Origin: Lytechinus pictus
Lineage: Eukaryota
Direction: 5' to 3'
DNA length: 64,000 nucleotides
Assembly: GCF_037042905.1 (NCBI RefSeq)
Contig: NC_087252.1
Span: 8,620,001 to 8,684,000, forward strand
Every line of letters starts with the position of its first letter. Position 1 is the stretch's first letter. The notes beneath the pieces are model-generated. The model was not told the origin of the DNA and made no database searches. It saw only the letters and a list, made by a program, of their open reading frames with translations. Below are positions 53,798 to 64,000 of this stretch, piece by piece. The translations under genes and the position numbers were made by a program.

Positions 53798-54075
53798 CAG
53801 GGGCGGATCCAGGATTTTCCAAAAGGGAGGGCACATTTTCCAGAGGAAAAGTTTGATCCCAAAAAAGGAGAAAAAAAACCGTTTTCAACCTAAAATAATG
53901 ACATTTTGTCCACAAAATTTGTTGACGAGCAACAAAAAAGATCTTCACTTTTAAAGGGGGAGGGGCACACTTCTGTTTTAACAGCATTTTTACATTACAA
54001 ATTTTAATTGTGCCTCTCAAAAGGGGGGGGGGCATGGGCCGGCTCTGTGCCCCCCCCCCCCTGGATCCGCCAGTG
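53798..54075. mobile_element. hAT-like MITE
   Basis: CAGGGGCGGATCCAGG / CCTGGATCCGCCAGTG TIRs; 8-bp TSD CCATAATC / CCATGATC. Confidence 0.85.
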
Positions 54076-55722
54076 CCATGATCAATGTTAGCACCAATAT
54101 ACTGCCATTTTAAAAGTCAACGCAGCAGAAAGCTTTTCACACTTTGATTTGAGGTACAGGTGTAAATACAAATAATGCCAGATGTATCATAATTTCTCAC
54201 GTTTTGCTGATACTGAAAAAGAAGCAAACACTTCCATTTGTATATCACGCCATATGATATGTGTGCTTGTTCCAGTGGGGAAAGTCAGACAAAAGATAAC
54301 TATTATCCTGTTTCACCCCATTTATCATGTTATTGTCCTCTGATAGACAATCGAGGTTGATTTTGAGGTCAAACAGGTCATACACAGTTAAATATTCAGT
54401 AAATATAAATTTTTGTAGAAAGAAAACAATCTCCATCGCCCTACATATTTAGCATCTTCATAGAAATTAAATTGTGCGGGTATTCTCCATGTATGAAGTA
54501 TTAAACTCACGGGATCTAGTTAAAAGCTACATGTAAAGCTCTGATTAAGATTGTAATCACTGAAAACGTCCTTGATTAAAATTAACAAACAAGCACTAGT
54601 TTCTGATCAATATTCCTATAAATGTAGCCAAATTATATTTGAAGATTGATTAAAGAAAGGAAAACATTTCAGCCCCCCCAAAAATCATTTCCTTGAAGTA
54701 TGGCAATAATTGTGTTTGTACTCTGATTTCCGATCAAATTTCAATCTATTTCTCTCTGCTGTGTCATTTGCCTGGATTTTTTTATGAATCTTGAATTCTT
54801 CCCTTCACTGGAATCAGTAAATGCCAATATTTCAGGATGTCAAGTCCAGTTGGACGTCACAACTCAAGACTAGAGAACGATAAAATACATTGACATTTAA
54901 TGGTATGTTTTAAAGATATCCCTCAAGCAAGATAGAGTACTTTACTTTCCTCGTCCTGATCGCTATGAAATATTGATGAATCCATCTAGGAATCGGGAGT
55001 TATTGCATATTGTATCATCAAAACAGAGTTTGGGACTGGGATGGGGGAGGGGGGGGGGGGGCTCAACAGAAGCAGATCATTGCGAATCATTTCAAATTAA
55101 TATAAAATGAATGTGAATATTATATATTAGGGTATCAATAATTGAAGATAATTTTCAAAGTTGTTACCCCTCTCCAACATTCAATTATATGAATTGGCCT
55201 TCCCTAAATTTTGTTTTTATTGGATCCTGTTTAAAATGGCAATCTTGTCAGTGCTGTATAAAAAAGAAATTTGAATAAATAAGGGATACAGAAGAAATAT
55301 AACATTATTAATTAGCATAAATAATGAACCATTAAATATCTGGAATATAAAATGATAAATGGGAGATTCTACTTTCTTTCAAATTCCTCCCTTTTTTTTT
55401 GTATTCCAACCTCAAATTGAAATACTTGTGTGCATCGGAATTTCAATCTCATCATTTTTAGGCTACAATATTGCAAAAGAGTTATCTTGTAGAGGGTGTA
55501 TTGATATTTCCATTGAATTTCAACTAGTAGGCCTATTGGTAATAAAGACATTATTCAAGTAATTTTATTGGCGTGGTTGTATTTAAAGAAGAATATATCT
55601 TTGTAATTGTATTTGTTGATTTATTGCTATATTTTCAATAAAAACTTTATAATAATATTAAAAGAAAAATAAAACAGGGGGATATCCCTAATTTATTTTT
55701 ATAAAATACAATATCATGAATA

Positions 55723-55903
55723 CTTCCAAAAGAACGACACGATACTAAATTGAAGACAAAAATAAAGAATAGAACATAACATTTTAATTAACAGAACGCC
55801 AATGACTCTGTTTATAATTTTCAGGCTGATGATGAGGTGCGACACTTCGAAACATGTTCCGTTTATTAAAATGTTATGTTCTATTCTTTATTTTTGTCTT
55901 CAA
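55723..55903 (+). mobile_element. Penelope-like retroelement relic with inverted partial repeat and hammerhead-like core
   Basis: Flanked by direct repeat CAATATCATGAATA (55709-22 / 55901-14); ~48-bp inverted arms 55750-55797 / 55856-55903; CTGATGA-T-GAGGTG-CGA-CACTTC-GAAA-CATGT at 55826-55857. Confidence 0.6.
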
Positions 55904-56692
55904 TATCATGAATATCCCGCAGGCATATTATACATGTAATAATACATCTACATGTAGTTGCAGACATCCATGACAAATACTGCATTTATTATTGCATCCA
56001 TCTATATGGTTTGACTCGGGAATCAATAAGCTACCATCTGCTACCACCAATATCACTCTTTAACATGCCCCGCCCCCCAACCATTGATCTTATCCCAGCA
56101 TCATGTAAACTCTATTGTCTATTCTTGGATGACTCACATGTCGTTTGGGAGTGGCTTTTGTCATGAAAATTGAAAATATTATATGGTCATCATATTCAAG
56201 GCTGACAATTTTATTGCCTTTCTAACTTTAGAATTAATATTAGCTTTCAGAGATATACTGAATTCTAGTCGCAAGAGATATGCAGTGGATGATATGGGTA
56301 CAATGCATGCATTTTTTTTTTTAATTTTTCTATTTGTCTTATATTGATTCGGAAGTTATTCATATGGCTTTTAAGTTTTGGTGTGCATTGCATTCTGTAG
56401 GAAGCAAGTTATTAAATGAATCGTCACTAAAAATAAGCTCTACACATTGATTTATTGACATCTTTGGGTAATCCTTTTGCTTGCTGCAAATATTATGAAC
56501 TAAATTGTCATTTTATGATAAGTAGCTGTCATAGTTTATTTCTCCTATAAACCATTTTAAAATGGAACAAGTCTAAAAAGAAAAAAAAAATAAATTGTCA
56601 TAGAAAAGTGGTTGAAAGCATATTGTGACACAGTAAAAGTACATTGTAGCTGTTGGTACAATTGAAATTAACACTTCTAATTGCAGTATTAA

Positions 56693-57091
56693 AGGTAAAT
56701 GCTAGTTTTGGTAACGATATCAAAATGAGTTTGTACGGAATCCAATGAAATGACCACCAAAGTGTCTGTTTGTATTTATAAATAAAACGTATGTGCCAAA
56801 GGATTCTGGAAGAAATTGTGTAATTGCTGAGAAATCCTCAAATAAGCACAGGATTCGGGTAAAGCGTCGGGCACGACATTCAAAGCAATAATAATACACT
56901 GTCCCACATGCACTTATCTGTGTTGGGGATCTTCAGTCTGAACATTTTTCAGCGTAGATTTCAAGATTTCACGAAGTTCAGTTTATGTAACTGTACCAGA
57001 TCTAGATCCTCGATGATATACTGACAATTAAGCCTTGTTTTACAGACTTTCTCATGAAATCAGTGTTTACTGCAACAACTGGAATTTCTCT
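56693..57091 (-). mobile_element. Kolobok-like MITE family C, copy 2 (inverted)
   Basis: TTAA|AGGTAAATGCTAGT...ACTGGAATTTCTCT|TTGA; reverse complement of 42560-42954. Confidence 0.85.
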
Positions 57092-57234
57092 TTGAATGAA
57101 TGATTGTACATGTACATGAATTTAAAGAATTGACGAAATGTATATGAATTTCATGATGACTTATTTTGTAATTTCTGTGATAAATTAGTCAATACAAAAT
57201 AGGAAAAGATATAACTGGAGCAATATATTGCTCC

Positions 57235-57502
57235 CACAGAAATTTTCAAGCTTGCGGCAAGCATGCGACAAGCTTGCGCAAGCTTGCGGCATGCTTGCGC
57301 AAGCTTGCGGCATGCTACATGTAGTAACTACATGTAGCATGCGGCTAGCTTAATAAGCGTGTAATATGCGTGCAGAGTAATTAGTTAAGCGATCTTTTAG
57401 CGAGCAGGGACTGTTCGCTAGCATGCACTCGCTTTATATTAAGTGAGCGCCCTGCAAGTCGCATGCTAGTTACTAGCATGCGGCACGCTTAAATTTCTAT
57501 TG
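57235..57502. mobile_element. Palindrome-rich MITE-like insertion
   Basis: Imperfect inverted ends cagaaattttcaagcttgcggc / gcggcacgcttaaatttctattg; repeated caagcttgcg / gcatgc units; GC island in AT-rich background. Confidence 0.5.
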
Positions 57503-60500
57503 TCCACATAGTTGTTGGGTTTGAAAATTCTAATAAAAAGTATTTTCAAAATGAAATCAAGGAAGAAAATGTGAAAAGTATAGTAAAAGCTCTAGAAGTA
57601 GAAAAGGTTCGAATTACATCCATGGAATGTAAAAACCAAAATATTGTGTTTTATATGTAGTTGGTATCAATATTATCTGACCCCTTATGTCACACAGACC
57701 TGGATGACACGTCTTCAACCTTGGCTGTTGCCATAGAAATGGCACGATTTCCCAGTTATTAAATCCATTAAGTTGCTGTCTGAAAGTAATGATATGACAC
57801 AACGCTGATTGTATAATTTATATCAAATGAACAAAATGATAATTTGGAAAGTACTTAAAAGGGGTATAGAGAGATTACATGTAGTTGATGACCTTTCTCG
57901 TGTACATTTACACACAACTATAGTAGGCTACCTGTTTGTGCATCATCTGACGGAGAAGAAAACACAAATTATACATTTATATCAATTAAGAACAAATCAC
58001 CACAGTCATACTTTGTTCTTTGAGATTCATGTACTCAATAATGTTTACTTTGATTAAATGGATAAGCAATGAAATAATTTATCTGCAATCATGTTTTGTT
58101 CTTGAAAATCATATTCTAATATTGTTTACAAGGATGAAAAAAATAATAATGAAAACAACAATTATACTTTGGAAATCGTCTTCTTTTGAATGTTTTCTGG
58201 CTACAGATATCAATTTAAAAAAATACTTTCACATACTTCCATCATAAAGCTTTAGAAGTCCAGATAAAAAATGTCATTCACATTGTTGACTAGATTACGT
58301 AAGATCCCCAAGATCTAATCAGTGTGTCCAAAATTAGACAAAGTTACGTAGAACTCCCGAAAATGTATTATGATTCTATAAAGCCTTTGAAGTTTTATGG
58401 GTCATTTAATAGGCATTCCTTGGAACTAATGACTTGTAACTTCTTGTTTGCTATGAATATATGTACATGTTGCAAGAATTTGTTTTGGTTTGGAACTGTC
58501 TAAGGGAGTCATTCAAATAAAAACACTGTCTAAACCATTCTAAAATACAATACTAGTTTAGTTCAGGGTTATTTGAGGGTTATTTTAAATTACATGATTT
58601 GGAGCTAGTAATTGCATGATTGGCTTTGAAAAAACTTACTGATTTGACCAAAAAAAAGTGTCAGTGATTTAATATCATTCAAAATTTGAAATAGCAGCAC
58701 AGGCATTCTGCACAAAGTGTGCGGAGTAGCGTGCCCAGCTTGTGCGATGCGAAGATCGCTTCCTAGGTGACGTTTTATCTGACAAGTCCTGTTTTATCCA
58801 ACAGTTGTCATACTGACAGTGCTTCTCAGCCAATCAAAATCAAGGAAAGATGTCAGATCTGACAACTTGTTGGATGAAAATGTTGATAAAACGCCCCCCC
58901 CCCCCTGAAGAACGGTTCTGCCCTCATCACACTTCAACTAGTTTAACAAGGCAAAAAAAGTGATTCTTGAAAACCACATAACAAGGTGGTTTCAAACTGG
59001 TTTGGAAAACCCCTTACAGATCGCTTCCAGGACCGCTTCGAGCATTCCCATTACACTCCACTGGTTTCCACTAAACTAGTTTTAGACCAATGTTAATGGG
59101 GTCTGAAATAAATTGTGATATTTTTTCTTAAATGAGAATGGGGTTCAAGAGTATGCCAGTATCCAGTCTCAAAAGGGCAAATATAACAGGTCAGTGAGCA
59201 TGAAAAGGGTTGATATTCGCAAGCGCCTTTCAGAGGGACTACCAGGGGGGTGCCATGCTCTGCGACAGGTCATAAAAATCTATTCAGTCCTCCCCTTGGA
59301 TTCCTCCCCACTATGCCATTCTCAACGAAGGGCTTTTCTCCACCTGAGGTGATGAAAAGCATAGTCTTGCCTTTTGATCGTTAAAATTTAAAATTTGTTT
59401 CCACAAAGCTCTGTAATTGTTGCAATGTAAACAGTTCCATTAAAAAGTAGGCCTGAATTTGTGAATATCATGGATAAATTGGTTCTTTCATTAAGTCCCT
59501 TAAAATGAAGGCTATCTCTGTAAACAAAATAAAAGGATTCAGGCCACTGGGATGAATATCTACAAGCTTGGAAAGTGTAACAATTCAAAATTGTGGTCTA
59601 TGATTTTAGACTAGGATAATACAAAAAGTATATGTGCACAATAAGATGTTTTATATGATTGTGCTTTATTCAAACACGTTGGGACTAACTTTTATTTCTT
59701 GACATTGTATATCCGTGTGAATCGAGGTAGAAGTAATTTTTACAAAGTCTTTGGTTTTTTCTTCCGTATTCACCAGATCTCCTGGTGGTCTTCACTTAAC
59801 GGGGCTGATTGCCGTTCAAACATTTTTGCGATATTGTGCATAGGATCAGTTCATGCAGTTCTGTATTCATGCAGGCAATGTTGGAATAATGTCTGTTATA
59901 AAGCTCTCCATTATGTGAATGCCAATTTAGTGTCAAATTGGCTATAAAATGACGGATTGTACGTGATGGTTGAGGTATAGAGAACTTTGCATCATTGTTG
60001 TATGGGAATTTCCTGGATTGTTAGAGAGTTTTAAATGAAATGAAACATGGAGAGGAATGTTTCAGTGGATCATAACTTCTGTTGCCCGTCTGACCCCATG
60101 ACATGCCGGTTGAATTATGACAATGTGTGATTTATCGCTTGCTACCAAGTTTTTCGTTGACAACCACCAACTAATGTCATTTTTATGAAGTCTCTACCAT
60201 TGGGAACATGTTTTATGTGCTATTCCCACCAAATGCAAGTACCAAAATATATCGTTTAGGACAATGATGTCTATTGTTTCAGCAAAAATAAGGATATTTG
60301 CTAATATTGGATTTTCATGCAGTTGGCATAGAACTTGAAATATTTGCAATGAACAGTGTTGACATTTAACATTTGGTTTCAGTATGTACGTCAGCCAGCA
60401 CATGCGTACATGTAAATGTCAAAGATTTATGCTGTTGGTATTTTCTTTGAAGAAGATCGCAATCATCTCTTTCCTCATCTGCGTGTTCCTGGATTGGTAA

Positions 60501-61017
60501 AGTAATGTTCAACTGGGAAATCTTATTAGTAGAAACTACCACCCTTGTACTGTATCATCATTACAACTACATTTTCACTTTTTTTTATCAAGAAATCTTC
60601 ATATGAAAACGGATGAGCCTCTTTTGTTTTACATTTATGCAAGGAATATATAAAGAACCAAGGTAACTCCTTGGAAGAACCAGGGCCAAGATACAGTTCT
60701 CTGCAGGCCTACAGCGATCAGACAGGACAAGTATCTCTACTGCACCTCTTGCATGACTTCATACCAAAGGTTCTAGATCAGTTCATGTACTCTGAAAAGA
60801 AAGAAGAAAAAACATTTGAACACTACGAGAAGACAAATATTGTAACAGTGTCCACCGATTATTGCCGATTATTGCCCGGGTGGCTGCTTGCCTGTTTCAT
60901 GTACAGGAAAAAATAATGAGTTTGTTGAATTTGTAGAGGTCGTCTCCTCCTCTGAGATGTGGTTTGCGTGGGTTTTCTTATCGGAACTGTCATATTTTGG
61001 AAGGAAATATCGCGAGG

Positions 61018-61074
61018 ATGCCTGCATTGGATATTTGGAAACTTGTCAAACTAAATTCTTGGCTTACATCGAGG
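61018..61074 (+). CDS. DIXDC1: Candidate alternative first coding exon (MPALDIWKLVKLNSWLTSR)
   Basis: aggATG, 19 codons, AGG|GTAAAT at 61075, phase 0; 2.3 kb upstream of the CH exon. Confidence 0.35.
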
Positions 61075-62017
61075 GTAAATGAAGTTATTTTGATCCTTAT
61101 AGCGAGAAACTTGCAATTTTGTTGTTTAGTAGTTAAGATGATAAGAAAATGGCAAATTGTGTCCATTTATTCTTCAAAACAGCTGAAAGAAACAGTGATT
61201 TTCCCCCTTTTTACAGCTTTGCTCACCATCAGTGGACTTTAGTTTTATGTAATTTGAATAAATTTCATAACTCAAGAAATATAAAGAAAGTAATCAATAA
61301 AAAATATGTCATCGACTATTCATATATATATACCTTAGTGCCACTTAAATGCTTCAAATGGAAGTGATATTTATTCAGTTCATGTTTACCATATATTCTA
61401 ACTAAACTGGCTTTCTAAATTCCCACCTTCTTTTCGAGATGAATGTTTCATTACACTGCATACTGATATGGCATATATTATGAAATCATAGCGGTGCTAC
61501 ATAGTGGCCTGCTACTTCATTTCATATTTGATATAAATCGTAGGGAGCAGAGGCTTGACGTCATTACTGTATCTTGATAGCGAACCATGTGACCACTATT
61601 AGACCTTCGATTCGGGAGGTAGATGCTGAATTTATGGACAGCTTAAATTGAAGTGTGCTGTTTCTTTCTCTTGCAAAATGGTATTTTAATTGTAATGCAA
61701 AATTTTGCTTTATGAAAATATACATTGATCTCTAAAATGAACACTTTTTTGATAGCACTATGACTGGCAGGCAGCTACAACTGTAGCTACATGTATCAGT
61801 GCTTGAGAGAGCACTGTGCCACTCTACACAGTGTGTTCACATAGTTTAAAGATGTGGTTCACACTGTTCAATTGCTCACTTTAAACAGTGTGAATATTAA
61901 ATGTTGCAGTGTGGACACTTGCAATTGTAGAATGTGAGTGTTTACATACATGTAGATGATTCATAATGTTAAAAAGCTCACATGTAACAGTGGGTGTGAA
62001 GGTAACTTCGCAATAGA

Positions 62018-62198
62018 GGAGGCGCGGTAGCTCAGTCGATAAAGCGGGGGTTTCGGATTCCGGTGACCCGGGTTCGATTCCTACTTGGTGCGCTAGTGCC
62101 CTTTGGTAAGGCATTAATCCTCATTACCAGGTCCCTCAGAGAAGACATTAAGCTGTCAGCCCTCTGGTTGCTTGCTTAATACAAGCATTGTAAAAAAA
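62018..62198 (+). mobile_element. tRNA-derived SINE family 1, copy 2
   Basis: GGAGGCGCGGTAGCTCAGTCG (A box), GGTTCGATTCC (B box), same body as 20160-20358. Confidence 0.85.
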
Positions 62199-62274
62199 TC
62201 ACTACCACCACTTGGTTGTCACACTGTGTTCACACAGTGGGACTCACTTCCAGCAGGGCTTGCATAAAGGAAAA

Positions 62275-62669
62275 TTGCCAACTCGTCCACTCACCACACG
62301 GTCTACCTTCATTTAGTCTAATGCCATTCCGTCCATCAACATTTCGTCTAACAACCATTTGGTCCAGTAACCATTAAGTCCAATCATCATTTCGTCTAAT
62401 CACCTTTCGTCTAATACCATTTCATCTGATAACCAGATGGTATAATAAATACCCATTTTCTTTTTATTAATTTTGAACAAACTTAAGTTTAATTTGACCA
62501 TATGGTATACGGACTAAATGCCTATTGGACCAACTGGTTATTAGATGGAATGGCATTAGATTAAATGAAATTAGACCATGTGGTGAGTAGACAAACTGAT
62601 GATAGACCAAATGGTAGTAGACGAGTTGGCAATTGGACGAAATGGCATTAGACGAATTGGAAACAAACC
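62275..62669. mobile_element. Foldback MITE with short-unit minisatellite arms
   Basis: Left arm of ccatttcgtctaa-like units, right arm of the complementary ttagacgaa/aatgg units. Confidence 0.75.
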
Positions 62670-63037
62670 TTGCATAATACATACATACACAAATCTTGTT
62701 TTTATTTTTATTGTAACCACAGCTTCAAAGATAATGAAGTGAGGTAGTGTGAACAGTCTGTACTGTACAAAATCTCTCATCCATACATGACTTTACTAAA
62801 GAAAATAAAAAGTGAATTTCATTACAGTTGACTGCTTTTTGACCTTGAATACTGAGATTGCAGTGCAGATAATGTTCTACGTGTATTGCCAGAATAAACA
62901 AACAAACAGTAATTATACCTACATTTTGTATCCACGGCATCTTGTAGTACATTTTTAGATAATCTACTTGTACTTTCTGTGATGTATATTTGATTCAATA
63001 ATGAGTCAAACAGGATTAAATTGTCAACCTCTTTAAG

Positions 63038-63250
63038 GGATTCCATGACATTTGCTCTGGCGACAATTGCTACGATGTAAAATCTGCACTTAAAGTCAAA
63101 CATAAATCCAACCTCCAAAGCTAAATGGACCGTAATCTTTACATTGTTCGGGACCGAAAAGTATATTACAATCCTAACTATAACCCTACGCCCTCTGAGA
63201 TATCAAGACCGGAGCAAATGCCGCAGAAGAGCAAATTATGTTGTGTCACC
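63038..63250. mobile_element. MITE with TAACCC-like interior (relative at ~890-1100)
   Basis: atgacatttgctctggcgacaattgct start; ggagcaaatgccgcagaagagcaaat end; shared motif ggagcaattgtcgccagagcaaatgtcatg at ~1062-1092. Confidence 0.55.
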
Positions 63251-63393
63251 CTTCAAGGTATTTGGCCAATAGAGCCTGTCTATAACACTTGAATATATTC
63301 CACATTGTAAATATTGCTTTTTTTCTCTTCTTGCTGTTTTTTAAACAAATATTCATGTTTATTATTTTTTGCCTTTTCTTTTCTCTCTTTCAG

Positions 63394-63523
63394 CAACAAT
63401 TGCAAGCGTATGTAGCGTGGGTGAACTCCCAGCTGAAGAAGAGAGCAGGATGTAGAATGGTGGAGGATCTCAGGAGGGACATGCAGGATGGGGTGGCCCT
63501 TGTTCATCTGGTAGAAATAGTTT
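63394..63523 (+). CDS. DIXDC1: DIXDC1/Dixin homologue, exon encoding the start of the calponin-homology domain
   Basis: Polypyrimidine tract plus CAG acceptor (63391-93); translation QQLQAYVAWVNSQLKKRAGCRMVEDLRRDMQDGVALVHLVEIV closely matches the vertebrate DIXDC1 CH start as recalled (QQLQAYVAWVNAQLKKRP...DLRQDLRDGVILAYLIEIV); donor T|GTAAGT at 63524 (130 nt, phase 0 in, phase 1 out). Gene continues beyond the window. Confidence 0.92.
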
Positions 63524-63529
63524 GTAAGT

Positions 63530-63636
63530 ATTTGACTTTGAACCACAAGGTTTGGTTGTTCAAATCCCACCGCAGCACTTGCGTCCTTTGGCAAGGCGTT
63601 TATTGGCATTTGCCACTCCCCACCCAGGTGTAGTGT
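63530..63636 (+). mobile_element. tRNA-derived SINE fragment directly after the CH exon donor
   Basis: gactttgaaccacaagg...gttcaaatccc (B box)...cctttggcaaggc...ccacccaggtgtag; related to 46770-46985. Confidence 0.7.
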
Positions 63637-63888
63637 AATCTTGGTGTGCAGATTTTCAATAGGAGCATATGTAAATGAGAGCAGGTAGAGTAAAGGCAGA
63701 AGTACATCCCAATATCATATTGATAAAGAAAGATCTATCTACATGACTGTATACATGTAGTTATAAAAAGAAGAACCAGCCAAACAGTTTCATCGAAATC
63801 ACACAACAACAAAATACATGTAGGTCTTTAAAAGCGTTCTTGAAGAAATATGATGTTGACATCTGTGAAATTGGCAAACGTAGCTTAA

Positions 63889-64000
63889 AGGTCAAGTCCA
63901 TCCCAGAAAAATGCTGACTTAAATAAATAGAGAAAAATCAAACTAGCATAGTGCTGAAAATTTCATCAAAATCGGATGTAAAATAAGAAAGTTATGACAT
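63889..64000 (+). mobile_element. Kolobok-like MITE family A, copy 3 (cut by window edge)
   Basis: TTAA|AGGTCAAGTCCATCCCAGAAAAATG, matching 16379 onward. Confidence 0.85.

Noticed and set aside
63394..63523. Assignment to neuron navigator, filamin, spectrin or parvin CH domains
   Set aside because: The QQLQAYVAWVNxQLKKR signature fits DIXDC1 much better than those families as I recall them.
63289..63633. 114-aa ORF taken as a complete protein
   Set aside because: Only 63394-63523 is exon; upstream is the polypyrimidine tract and downstream is a SINE fragment.

Overview
AT-rich, repeat-dense animal genomic DNA; the repeat spectrum and frequent TACATGTA/GTAGGCCTAC motifs suggest a sea urchin or other echinoderm (inference, not proven). 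Most of the window appears to be the 5' part of one + strand gene, a DIXDC1/Dixin (Ccd1) homologue. Its calponin-homology (CH) exon (QQLQAYVAWVNSQLKKR...DGVALVHLVEIV) is at 63394-63523. A candidate non-coding first exon/promoter lies near 3250-3390 and a start-codon exon at 19263-19425. The most notable observation is a series of further short ATG-to-donor mini-exons in the 44-kb intron (28466, 38500, 44189, 51852, 61018). All end in phase 0 and would splice in frame onto the CH exon, suggesting an array of alternative first exons giving variable N-termini. The rest is non-autonomous mobile DNA: a 4.66-kb Academ-like foldback element with YY1-motif arms, Kolobok-like (TTAA), hAT-like, Harbinger-like, AcademH-like and Crypton-like MITEs, a Helentron/HINE-like element with DR1-bearing tandem repeats, tRNA-derived SINEs, a decayed hAT transposase start split by a MITE, and a Penelope-like relic with a hammerhead-ribozyme-like core. 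Nearly all ORFs in the supplied track look spurious.
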